64,000 nt of DNA from a virus. Its lineage: Duplodnaviria; Heunggongvirae; Uroviricota; Caudoviricetes. The number at the start of each line of letters is the position of its first letter. The first letter of the stretch is position 1. The notes beneath the pieces are model-generated. The model had not been told where the DNA came from and ran no database searches. It saw nothing but the letters and a program-made list of their open reading frames with translations. The DNA lies in the IMG/VR virus record IMGVR_UViG_3300007351_000001; one strand, written 5' to 3'. Shown here piece by piece: positions 25,337 through 33,997 of the stretch. Position numbers and translations under genes: made by a program.

Positions 25337-26016
25337 TGTCGTTGAGCAGCCTTTATCCCTACCACGTCGCGCTCACGCGCAACGTCCGCCAAGCGCTCGT
25401 ACCTGCTTCGGGTTCGACGGTGGAGATCTTTGTCTCTGGTACCGGCGTGTCCAAGCAGCTCTACAGCGATCCAGACGGGCAGATCCTGCTTGATCAGCCG
25501 TTCCCGGTCGACATCGACGGGGAAGCGAATCTCTGGATCCAGCCAGGGCGCATTCGCGTCGTCGCGCGCCTCGATCCCGTGCACGAAGAAGTGTGGGAAG
25601 ACGAGGTCTGCGACTGCGATTCGATCCCAAGCCAGCCGAGCCCGATCACCGGCCTCTTGAAGAACGAGGTCGAGGTCGAGATCGTCGGCACGACGATCAA
25701 CGTTCCGTCGCTGCTGGTCGCGAACACCCAAGGCTACGGCGTGACCTGTCTGGTGACCTCGCAGATCACCGGCACGCTCACCGGCTTCTACCTCGGTCTC
25801 GCGAGCCCGGCCGGCATGTTGCAGGCCTTCTCGAAGCTCGGACAGGTCGGTCTGGCATCAGGCCAGAAGACGGGCACCAAGGACATCGCGATCAACAGCC
25901 CCTGGAACCAAGCCAACGGCGGCGATGCCGTGATCACGGCCGTCAACGGCTCAGGAACCGGTGGGACGGTGCTCTGCACCTACTGGTACCTGCAGCTGGA
26001 AACCACGGTGGGGTGA
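25336..26016 (+). CDS. Structural protein with tailspike-anchor-like N-terminal domain (no signal peptide)
   Basis: TVEIFVSGT....LYSDPDG...L.QPF..D.DG...LW..PG resembles baseplate/head-binding N-termini of tailspikes. Confidence 0.55.
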   Translation: MSLSSLYPYHVALTRNVRQALVPASGSTVEIFVSGTGVSKQLYSDPDGQILLDQPFPVDIDGEANLWIQPGRIRVVARLDPVHEEVWEDEVCDCDSIPSQPSPITGLLKNEVEVEIVGTTINVPSLLVANTQGYGVTCLVTSQITGTLTGFYLGLASPAGMLQAFSKLGQVGLASGQKTGTKDIAINSPWNQANGGDAVITAVNGSGTGGTVLCTYWYLQLETTVG

Positions 26017-26019
26017 CGC

Positions 26020-26730
26020 ATGCGTACATGGGTGGCGGTGGTAGTGACGGTGGTGTTGGCAGCAGGTGCGTACGCACAGGACCCGCCGTGCCTGACGCCG
26101 TTCGGCTTCAACAACAACTGTCAGTTCATTCCGGGGGCTCCGCTGATCGCTGACTCGACCTCGTCGGCGCGGTTCCTTCCCGGTGGCGCAACGCACTCGA
26201 TTGACTTCGATGCGCTCTCGCTCTCGCACGACGGCTCGCAATGCACGGGGCCAACCGATGTCGAGCTGAACAGTGGGCCGCACGACTTCACGATCAACTG
26301 CAACGATCACGCAGACTCGATCGTCGGCGCGAGCATTGGCATGCCGACGGGATGGGATGGGGGCTCGGTCTCGTTCGAGATGTTCATCGTCTCCAACGAC
26401 CCGGTCCCGACCGGTGTGTACTACTGGGACTTCGTGTGCGGCTGCGTCGCAGACGGCGATGTGGTGAGCAGCTCGATCTACAGTGTCTCCGACTCGATCG
26501 ACGACTTCGTGCGCATCCAGCTCGACATCACCGACGAGTGGACGGTGCGCATGGGGCATACGGGGCTCGTGACCTGCGCCGGCACGTGTGAGGGCGGGCA
26601 GATGCTCTTCTGGCAAGCGCGGCTAAATGCGCCAGAGACGACCGCAACGCCCTGCGAAGACGTCGGCATTTTGAACATCAAGCTGCGCTACAACGTGTCG
26701 GGCGCATTCGATCCGATCCCGACGCCGTAA
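26020..26730 (+). CDS. Signal-peptide Cys-rich protein (exported island gene 1)
   Basis: MRTWVAVVVTVVLAAGAYA|Q; many Cys; ends PIPTP*. Confidence 0.8.
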   Translation: MRTWVAVVVTVVLAAGAYAQDPPCLTPFGFNNNCQFIPGAPLIADSTSSARFLPGGATHSIDFDALSLSHDGSQCTGPTDVELNSGPHDFTINCNDHADSIVGASIGMPTGWDGGSVSFEMFIVSNDPVPTGVYYWDFVCGCVADGDVVSSSIYSVSDSIDDFVRIQLDITDEWTVRMGHTGLVTCAGTCEGGQMLFWQARLNAPETTATPCEDVGILNIKLRYNVSGAFDPIPTP

Positions 26731-26759
26731 GCGCGGCTGGGCTGGTGGAGGTGGTGGTG

Positions 26760-27422
26760 ATGAAGCGATGGCTCATGGTGGCGCTCGTCCTCGCCTGGGC
26801 GAGTGTCGCCCAGGCGGGGCAGGTGCACTTCCTGCCGCTCGGCTCCTTTGTGCGTGCGGGGGTCTGCGCGACCGACGGTGTGACGTCGTGCGCGTCGGCC
26901 GCGGACTGCTCCAGCGGTACCTGCCAGCTGAACGCCGGGTGCAGCAAGCAGCGGGTGATCGGGACGAAGTTCCCGGTGGTCAGCATGCAATGCACCGCGA
27001 CAGGCATCCAGGAGTTCTTCTGGGAGTTCGTCACGCCGCCAGACATGCCAGCGAGCGTTGTTGCGCAGGTCTATTTCCACACGGCAGCCACCACCGGCGC
27101 GGTCTGTTTCGACGCGACGGTCACCATCATGGACCACAACCAATCAGTCCCGTTGCTGACCACGGCATTGGATCCGACCCCAGATGTCATCGCGTCAGGG
27201 TCTGGCAACCCGTCGATCTCGCTGCCGGCAAACCAGCTCTACCAGTACAGCCAGACGCTCACGCCGTACCGGCGCTCCAACGACGGCGACGGGAGCGGCA
27301 ACTGCTCGGCGACCAACTGCCGGAGCCGGTACGCGATTCTGCGCCTCGCGCGCAAGAACAGCGGCTGTGCCGGCAACGTCGCCAGCGACGTGTTCGTCGA
27401 CGGAGTGGGCTTCACCTACTGA
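26760..27422 (+). CDS. Signal-peptide Cys-rich protein (exported island gene 2)
   Basis: GGAGGTGGTGG SD; MKRWLMVALVLAWASVAQA|G. Confidence 0.8.
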   Translation: MKRWLMVALVLAWASVAQAGQVHFLPLGSFVRAGVCATDGVTSCASAADCSSGTCQLNAGCSKQRVIGTKFPVVSMQCTATGIQEFFWEFVTPPDMPASVVAQVYFHTAATTGAVCFDATVTIMDHNQSVPLLTTALDPTPDVIASGSGNPSISLPANQLYQYSQTLTPYRRSNDGDGSGNCSATNCRSRYAILRLARKNSGCAGNVASDVFVDGVGFTY

Positions 27423-27430
27423 GGTTGTTT

Positions 27431-30400
27431 GTGACGCGCGCGTGGTGGGTTAGCGTCCTGCTTCTGATCTCGGTGCAGGCGGCGGTGGCACAAACACCGA
27501 CCGCAACGCCAGGCGTGTGCCCTGGGGATTGCAACCACGACGGCGTGGTGACCATCGCCGAGAAGGACCAAGCGATTGCCATCATCAACGGCGCCGACCT
27601 CTCCACGTGCCCAGCGGCCGACGTCAATGGGGATGGGCGCGTCCGCGCGAACGAGATCACGATCATCATCAACACGATCACCAACGGCCAGTGCGGGCCG
27701 CGGGTTGGCCCCCAGCTGTTGCACAACACGCCGACGCCGACGATCGCCGTCACCTGTCCGTGCGATTGCGACAGTAACGGCATCGTCACCGAGTCCGAGA
27801 AGGACATCGCCGTCGACATCATCAACGGGATCCGTCCGCTCACCGACTGCCCGCAGGCAGACGTGAACCAAGACGGCCAGGTGCGCGCGAACGAGATCAC
27901 GCAGTGCATCAACGCGATCGTCAGCGGCCCGTGCGCGCTGCCGCGGTACCTTCCCGGCTGCGCCGGTGACTGCAACAACGACGGCCTGGTCGTGCAGTCG
28001 GAGATTCAGACCATGACGGACATCGTGAACGGTCTCCGGCCGTTCAGTGACTGCCCGAACGGGGATGGCAACGGCGACGGTCAGATCCGCGCGGCCGACA
28101 TCACGATCGCGATCAACGCGCTGAACTACAGCTGCGCCTACGACGACCCGCCGCGGCTCTATTTCTCGCTGCCGCCCCCAACCGGCACGCCGACGCCAAC
28201 CGTCGTGCCGACTGCCTACGTCGTCCCGGTCCTGATCGGTCACACGAAGACGCCGACGCCGTCCCTGGCAATCGTGGTCAGTACGCCGACACCGTTCTTC
28301 ACCTTGACGGGCACGCCGACTGCCACGAGCACGCCAACACCGACAGAGATCATCTGTGGCAGCTACAGCGACGTCGTCATGGACGACGACCCGCGCGTCT
28401 ACTACTTGCTCGACGAACCGAGCGGCGCGACGATCGCGAAGGACCGCATGCACCGGCATGACGGGCTCTACGCGGCGACCGACATCGCGTTCGAGGAACC
28501 GGGCTGTTGCGTGGGGCAGGCGACGCCAGAGCCCACGCCGACGCCCGGTACTCCGTTCTTCGCCCACGGCTGCTACACCGGCGACAACACCGATGACCGC
28601 GACATTGCGGTTGGCTTCCGCCCCTCGCTCGTGTGGCTCGGCGAAGCGACGGTAGCCAACGGCAACACCAACAAGATGTCCTACCGCGACCGGACTCACG
28701 CAGACGGCGAGTCGGGCGTCTTGCAGACTGGCCTCGGCAACGGAAACCAGACCAACGCGATCCAGTCCTTCGGTGACACGACCTTCCAGATCGGCACTTC
28801 GACGCTGGTCAACGGCCTCGGGCGTCCGTACTGCTGGGCGGCGTGGCAAGAGGCGCCCGACTACATGGAAGTCGGACAGTTCGCCGGTGATGCGGCTCCG
28901 AACCACCAGATCCCGACCGGCTTCACGCCGGATGTAGCGGTGGTGCATCCAGTGGTCAGCACCATCTTCAACCGCATCGGAACACCTTTCCTGCGCACGA
29001 CGGCGATGGGCACGGGAGATTTCTCCTGCGTGTGGGCGAACGCGAGCGCCATTGAGTGCAAGGACGGTGGCATCACCGCACTCCTCAGCTCGCCATTCAC
29101 TGGCTTCTCGATCTCGAACTTCGGACCGGTGTGGCCACTCAACCACATCGGCGGTGAGCATCACTACGCCGTCTTGAAGGAGCACACGAACTATCTCGAC
29201 TTCGGCATCTACACGGGCGACGGGCTGATCGGCGGCAACACGCAGACGATCACCACTGACTGCCCGGCGGTCGCCGCCGTCTTCATTCGCGGCGTGCCGA
29301 GCAACAACACCTGCTCGATGTGGCGCTCCTCGTCGATGGAGACGCCGTACGTCACGCACGCGGGCTTCGCGATGGGCGTGAACCAGCCAGGTGGGAACGC
29401 GGGCGGTATCCGTCCACTCGCCGGCAACACGGGCGAGTTCACCATCGAGAAGGGCAGCTCGTCACCGGACGCAGATTGCAACGTCAACAACACCACCTAC
29501 TTCTGGTGGGCGATGTGTGAAGGGCCGAGCCCGACGGCGACGCCGACCGTCACCATCACGCCGACGCCGACCCACACTGGCACGCCGACCGACACGCCGA
29601 ACCCGTCGTTCACGCAGGTCTGTGAATCGCGCAACAACGCGGCTGCGGCCGGCACGGGCTGGACCGTCGACACCGGCACCGGCACGGTCGTGACCGGGTA
29701 CAACACCACCGGCCCATCGAACGTCTTGAAGCTCCAGAACTTGGGCTTCGCGATCCCGCCGGGCTCGACCATCCTCGGCATCGAGGTCGACATGGGCGGC
29801 GGCGGGCCACGCAACGGGCTCACGTCGAGCTTCCTGCCGGTCACTACCGTCTGCGACTCGTGGACGACCTCGCCGCGCGACACGATCGTGCAGCTGCTCG
29901 ACGCAAATGGTGATCCGGTCGGGGACAACAAGGCCACCGGTTCCAGTTGGCCTCCAACCGGGAACAGCGTCCTCTTCCCAGATGGCTACGGCGGGGCCAC
30001 GGACCTCTGGGGCTCGACGTGGGACGCGGCCACGATCAACGACACGAGCTTCGGCGTACAGGTGCAGGTCGACTGGGCTTCGTCGAACGACGAAACCGAC
30101 TGCGACCAGTACTGGACGGTGGAGTTCGCTGACCCAGACGACAAGCCTGACATCAGCGCTGGCTTGGCGAACATCACGGTCTGCTACGAGGGCATCGCCC
30201 CCACGGCGACCGAGACCCCAACACCGTCGTCGACGCCTACGCCTACCCCGACCGGCATGGGCTGCTCGACCTACTCGTTCGACGTCGGGTTCGAGTGCCT
30301 GACCACGTTCACCACCACCGCCAGCGGCGGCTCGGTGGATTGGGGTGGTGACTGCTCGACGGCAATCTCGGCGAGCGTCAGCTCAGGGGCTGCTGGGACG

Positions 30401-30820
30401 ACCTATCTCTTGAAGATTGCCGGCGGCACGCTCACGGCCGGTGATCCAGTGCCTGGCAGCGCGACCATCGACGGGATCCGTCTGACCTCTGGCATGGGCT
30501 TCACGCACTCCGACGAGTTCTGCGAGCCAATCATGTGGGACGCGGCACCGCAGGATAACGTTGTACGCCTGGTCAACGCCGCCGGCACGGTCGTCGGCAC
30601 TGACAAGGGCAACGACGCGACGATCATCCAGGGGACGATCTACGGCGGGCTCGCAGACGACTGGTCCGCCAGCCTCACCGGAGCAGACTTTGCTGGTGAT
30701 GACTTCGGCTTCGCGTTCCAATCGACGTTCGATGCGACCACCAACACCGCTGACGACTGCGGCGGCACGCGTGGGGTCGTGTTCAGTACCACGACCATGG
30801 AGGTCTGTTGGCACGAATGA
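27431..30820 (+). CDS. Large exported mosaic protein: three dockerin-like EF-hand pairs, LamG fragment, YTG-repeat domain, two AIP..TI.GI/YGG..D.W domains, Thr-Pro linkers (island gene 3)
   Basis: GTG 27431 (MTRAWWVSVLLLISVQAAVA|QTPTATP); repeats C.GDC..DG.V...E...IING...CP.AD.N.DG.VRANEIT; PRVYYLLDE (LamG start). Confidence 0.85.
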   Translation: MTRAWWVSVLLLISVQAAVAQTPTATPGVCPGDCNHDGVVTIAEKDQAIAIINGADLSTCPAADVNGDGRVRANEITIIINTITNGQCGPRVGPQLLHNTPTPTIAVTCPCDCDSNGIVTESEKDIAVDIINGIRPLTDCPQADVNQDGQVRANEITQCINAIVSGPCALPRYLPGCAGDCNNDGLVVQSEIQTMTDIVNGLRPFSDCPNGDGNGDGQIRAADITIAINALNYSCAYDDPPRLYFSLPPPTGTPTPTVVPTAYVVPVLIGHTKTPTPSLAIVVSTPTPFFTLTGTPTATSTPTPTEIICGSYSDVVMDDDPRVYYLLDEPSGATIAKDRMHRHDGLYAATDIAFEEPGCCVGQATPEPTPTPGTPFFAHGCYTGDNTDDRDIAVGFRPSLVWLGEATVANGNTNKMSYRDRTHADGESGVLQTGLGNGNQTNAIQSFGDTTFQIGTSTLVNGLGRPYCWAAWQEAPDYMEVGQFAGDAAPNHQIPTGFTPDVAVVHPVVSTIFNRIGTPFLRTTAMGTGDFSCVWANASAIECKDGGITALLSSPFTGFSISNFGPVWPLNHIGGEHHYAVLKEHTNYLDFGIYTGDGLIGGNTQTITTDCPAVAAVFIRGVPSNNTCSMWRSSSMETPYVTHAGFAMGVNQPGGNAGGIRPLAGNTGEFTIEKGSSSPDADCNVNNTTYFWWAMCEGPSPTATPTVTITPTPTHTGTPTDTPNPSFTQVCESRNNAAAAGTGWTVDTGTGTVVTGYNTTGPSNVLKLQNLGFAIPPGSTILGIEVDMGGGGPRNGLTSSFLPVTTVCDSWTTSPRDTIVQLLDANGDPVGDNKATGSSWPPTGNSVLFPDGYGGATDLWGSTWDAATINDTSFGVQVQVDWASSNDETDCDQYWTVEFADPDDKPDISAGLANITVCYEGIAPTATETPTPSSTPTPTPTGMGCSTYSFDVGFECLTTFTTTASGGSVDWGGDCSTAISASVSSGAAGTTYLLKIAGGTLTAGDPVPGSATIDGIRLTSGMGFTHSDEFCEPIMWDAAPQDNVVRLVNAAGTVVGTDKGNDATIIQGTIYGGLADDWSASLTGADFAGDDFGFAFQSTFDATTNTADDCGGTRGVVFSTTTMEVCWHE

Positions 30821-32808
30821 GCTGGCAGGTGGCGGTAGCCGGAGTGGTGTGCTTTTGGGCGGCAGCTGTGGGCGCTGGGGAAGTGCCCCTGCTCGCCGCC
30901 CGTGCACAAGACCCGGTCAACACGCCGGCCCCGCGCGTCCTGCGCTCGAACCCCGATCAACGCTACTTGGGGGTCGAGTTCGGCGGCACGACCGACACGT
31001 GCACCATCTTCGAGTTCGAGCTGCCCCGCGCCTACGGCACGACGGTGGACGGCCAGTGGAGCGCCCGCCTCGGCTACTTCAGCTGCGGGACCAACTGCAG
31101 CACAGTGGGAGAGTCCATCGTCGACACGACCAACGTGCCGCGGTTCCAGTTTTCCTCGACTTGTATCGGCCCCGGCGACAACTACGAGAGCGCCACACTA
31201 ACGGCAGGAACTGCGTTCAACGCCGAGGCCGTCGCGGGCGAGAACCAGCTCGTCGAGTACACGGCGACGCAGACCAACTGGTTTGTCGAGACGGGCTGCG
31301 ACGAAGGCGACACGGTGCTCGTGCAGCTGTGCCGCCTCGGCAGCGTCGACAGCAACAACGATCTCTTCACGCTCACGGGCGTGTCGTTCTCGTTCGTCGA
31401 GAACCCAGATGCCACGCCAACGGTGACGCACACCTTCACGCCGACTAACACGGCAACCGCGACGCCGACGCACACCTTCACCCCGACGGCCACCGCGACC
31501 GTGACGGACACGGTCACTGCTACGGCCACCGAAACCGCGACCGACACTCCCGAACCCGTGACCGCAACGCCGACCGCGACGGTGGATCCGGAACAGGGTC
31601 AGCTGTTCTTCAAGGGACTGACCTGGACCACCGGCCAGGCGATCTTCACCACCGACGTACAAGGCTCGAACTCCGACGCCAATGCGCGCAAGTTCCTGCC
31701 AGTCGGGATTCGGGTGCAGAATCTCTACGTCTCGTGCGTGGGCGGGCCAGGCGTCGGCAAGACGCTGACGGTCGGGATCATGAAGAACAACGCGCTGATC
31801 ACTGGGTCGACGTGCGTTCTCGCAGGCGCTGGGACCGGTGACGGGGTCTCACGGTGCGATGTCACGTTCCCGAGCCCGGACTCGACCTTCGCGTTCGCCG
31901 CCGGAGACCGGATCACGATTGACGCGACACAGACCGACTCTGGCTCGACCAGTCAGTTGTGCAACGTGTCCATCTACTACAAAGACAACGCGGGGACCGC
32001 GGAGCAGGACGCGCTGGTGTCTGGTGGCGGCAACTCGTTGAACCTTGCCGCGTCCACGACGTACTGCGGGGCGTGGGACAACAACCCCGGCGGTCCGGAG
32101 AGCACGCTCTTCAAGTGCGGATCGCTCAGCGCGGACCACAGTCAGTGGCTCTTGGCTCGCGCAGGCACCTTGTCGGCGCTCAGCTTCAACGTCAACGGGT
32201 ACACGGAGACCGCCGACTGGGTTGCTCAGACCGACGCGGGGACGACCGACTTGAGCGGGCAGATCACCAGCGTCGTCCTCAACATCACCGACACGGCCTG
32301 CACGACCAACTGCGCGGTCGCGGCCGGCGGCTTCTTCCGGTTGCAGCACACGCAGAACACGAGCAACTCCAACTCCCGGTTCCGCAACTGGATGCTGGCG
32401 ATCAGCGGGATGGGGCAGACGTTCTGGTTCCAGAACAGCACCGTCAACGGCACAGTGTACGGCGGTCCGTTCGGAACCACGTCCAGCGCGAACACGATCT
32501 CAGCTGCTTGGCCGGTCGCCAAGCGCTCGACGATCCAGAACTTGATCTTGAAAGGCTGGGGGTCGTTCAACAACGCGGCAACCGCCACCGTGCTCACGGG
32601 GACGGACCCCGCCAGCATGAGCGCGACCGGATTGACGTGCTCGACCAGTGCGAGCGGGTCCGACCTGACCTGCACGAATACCTCGCGGCACATTGGCGTG
32701 GATGAGGGGGCCTACTTGTCCATCCAAGTGGATGCGGTCGGAACCCCGAAGCCGTTCCATGCGTCGTTCGAGCTGTCCGCTGATCCGACGGAGACGCCAA
32801 CTCCATGA
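30817..32808 (+). CDS. Exported protein with Thr-Pro linker and ~400-aa domain duplicated in 33998-38971 (island gene 4)
   Basis: ATGA overlap; MSWQVAVAGVVCFWAAAVGA|G; ends DPTETPTP*. Confidence 0.82.
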   Translation: MSWQVAVAGVVCFWAAAVGAGEVPLLAARAQDPVNTPAPRVLRSNPDQRYLGVEFGGTTDTCTIFEFELPRAYGTTVDGQWSARLGYFSCGTNCSTVGESIVDTTNVPRFQFSSTCIGPGDNYESATLTAGTAFNAEAVAGENQLVEYTATQTNWFVETGCDEGDTVLVQLCRLGSVDSNNDLFTLTGVSFSFVENPDATPTVTHTFTPTNTATATPTHTFTPTATATVTDTVTATATETATDTPEPVTATPTATVDPEQGQLFFKGLTWTTGQAIFTTDVQGSNSDANARKFLPVGIRVQNLYVSCVGGPGVGKTLTVGIMKNNALITGSTCVLAGAGTGDGVSRCDVTFPSPDSTFAFAAGDRITIDATQTDSGSTSQLCNVSIYYKDNAGTAEQDALVSGGGNSLNLAASTTYCGAWDNNPGGPESTLFKCGSLSADHSQWLLARAGTLSALSFNVNGYTETADWVAQTDAGTTDLSGQITSVVLNITDTACTTNCAVAAGGFFRLQHTQNTSNSNSRFRNWMLAISGMGQTFWFQNSTVNGTVYGGPFGTTSSANTISAAWPVAKRSTIQNLILKGWGSFNNAATATVLTGTDPASMSATGLTCSTSASGSDLTCTNTSRHIGVDEGAYLSIQVDAVGTPKPFHASFELSADPTETPTP

Positions 32809-33449
32809 TGCGTGCCATGTTGGTTCTCGCCTTTGTGCTCGCGGCTCCGGCCGCAGTGGCGGATCTCTATCTCCGTGGGGGTGAACTGCGGCCAATGACG
32901 CTCAATCCAGCCGCGGTGACGCTCGATGAGTCTGGCACCCACACGATCAAAGTCATCGACTTCTCCGGATCGGCGCAGACCTGCGCCATGACCCATGCGC
33001 TCTTGCCGGCGACCTACCCGAAGTTCGCCCGCTTGGGTGTGGAGCTGACGTTCGTGGCGCGATCGACCTCGACGGCGCTCTCGCAGTTCGTGATTGGTGG
33101 GGTCTGTCAGCACGAGCCGGCCGACTTCCCGTTTGCGACTTTCACCACCGGTGGGCTCACGTCGGTTGGGTTCACGAGCCCGTCGGTGGGGGACGTGTTC
33201 ACGCACGAGTTCACCTTCCCGGTCACCAACTGCCAGTCCGGCGACACGGTGAGCTTGGCGGTGTGCCGGCACGGGGAGCTGGACGACAACCCGGCCCTGA
33301 TTGGTCTTGTCGATGTGCGTTTTCGATTCCCGTACATCACGGCCACGCCGACGGTCACGTTCACGCCGACCAACACGGCCACGGTGACGGATACCCCAAC
33401 GGCCACGCCAACGGTGACCGCGACCGCGACGGCCACGCCGACGACCTAA
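32805..33449 (+). CDS. Exported protein with C-terminal Thr-Pro tail (island gene 5)
   Basis: MMRAMLVLAFVLAAPAAVA|D; ends TATPTVTATATATPTT*. Confidence 0.8.
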   Translation: MMRAMLVLAFVLAAPAAVADLYLRGGELRPMTLNPAAVTLDESGTHTIKVIDFSGSAQTCAMTHALLPATYPKFARLGVELTFVARSTSTALSQFVIGGVCQHEPADFPFATFTTGGLTSVGFTSPSVGDVFTHEFTFPVTNCQSGDTVSLAVCRHGELDDNPALIGLVDVRFRFPYITATPTVTFTPTNTATVTDTPTATPTVTATATATPTT

Positions 33450-33461
33450 AGGAGAGGCTTG

Positions 33462-33995
33462 ATGAAGTGGTGGTGGGGGCTGGTGGTGGGAGTCCTCCTG
33501 GCGAGTCAGACCGTCTACGGCACCATGGCGGTCACGCTCTATGCTGGGTCGGCGACGCTTCCAGCGACGACTGCAGCGACGATCACGACGATCACCGGCG
33601 CCGCGCGCACCTTCGCGCGCGTCGACTACGCCGCTGGTGCGACCTCGTGCGCGGATTGGCACTTCCAGCTGCCGCTCGAATACGTCGCCGGCAACGCGCT
33701 GGAGCCCGTGCTCGACTACTACACCGCGGCCAATGACGCGGACGTGAGCGTGCGCTACAGCATCATCTGCGCAGCCCAAAGCGAGGCGTACCAGTCGGCG
33801 TCGTTCGTCAACGGCTCGATCGAGGCGCTCACCTCGGGGCCGTCCGATGGTGTGGTACAGCGTGTGTTCGGCGGCTTCACCGAGATCAACGAGACGGGCT
33901 GTGACCCGCTCGATCACGTCGTGCTTCGCATTTGCCGAATCAGTGACTCGAACTCCGGTCGGTTCTCGATCGTGAAGGCTCGGGTGCGTTTCTGA
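33462..33995 (+). CDS. Exported protein (island gene 6)
   Basis: GGAGAGG SD; MKWWWGLVVGVLLASQTVYG|T. Confidence 0.8.
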   Translation: MKWWWGLVVGVLLASQTVYGTMAVTLYAGSATLPATTAATITTITGAARTFARVDYAAGATSCADWHFQLPLEYVAGNALEPVLDYYTAANDADVSVRYSIICAAQSEAYQSASFVNGSIEALTSGPSDGVVQRVFGGFTEINETGCDPLDHVVLRICRISDSNSGRFSIVKARVRF

Positions 33996-33997
33996 TC

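Noticed and set aside
26768-27430. Upstream part of the 1350-aa ORF
   Set aside because: Out-of-frame overlap with 26760-27422; the signal peptide begins at GTG 27431.
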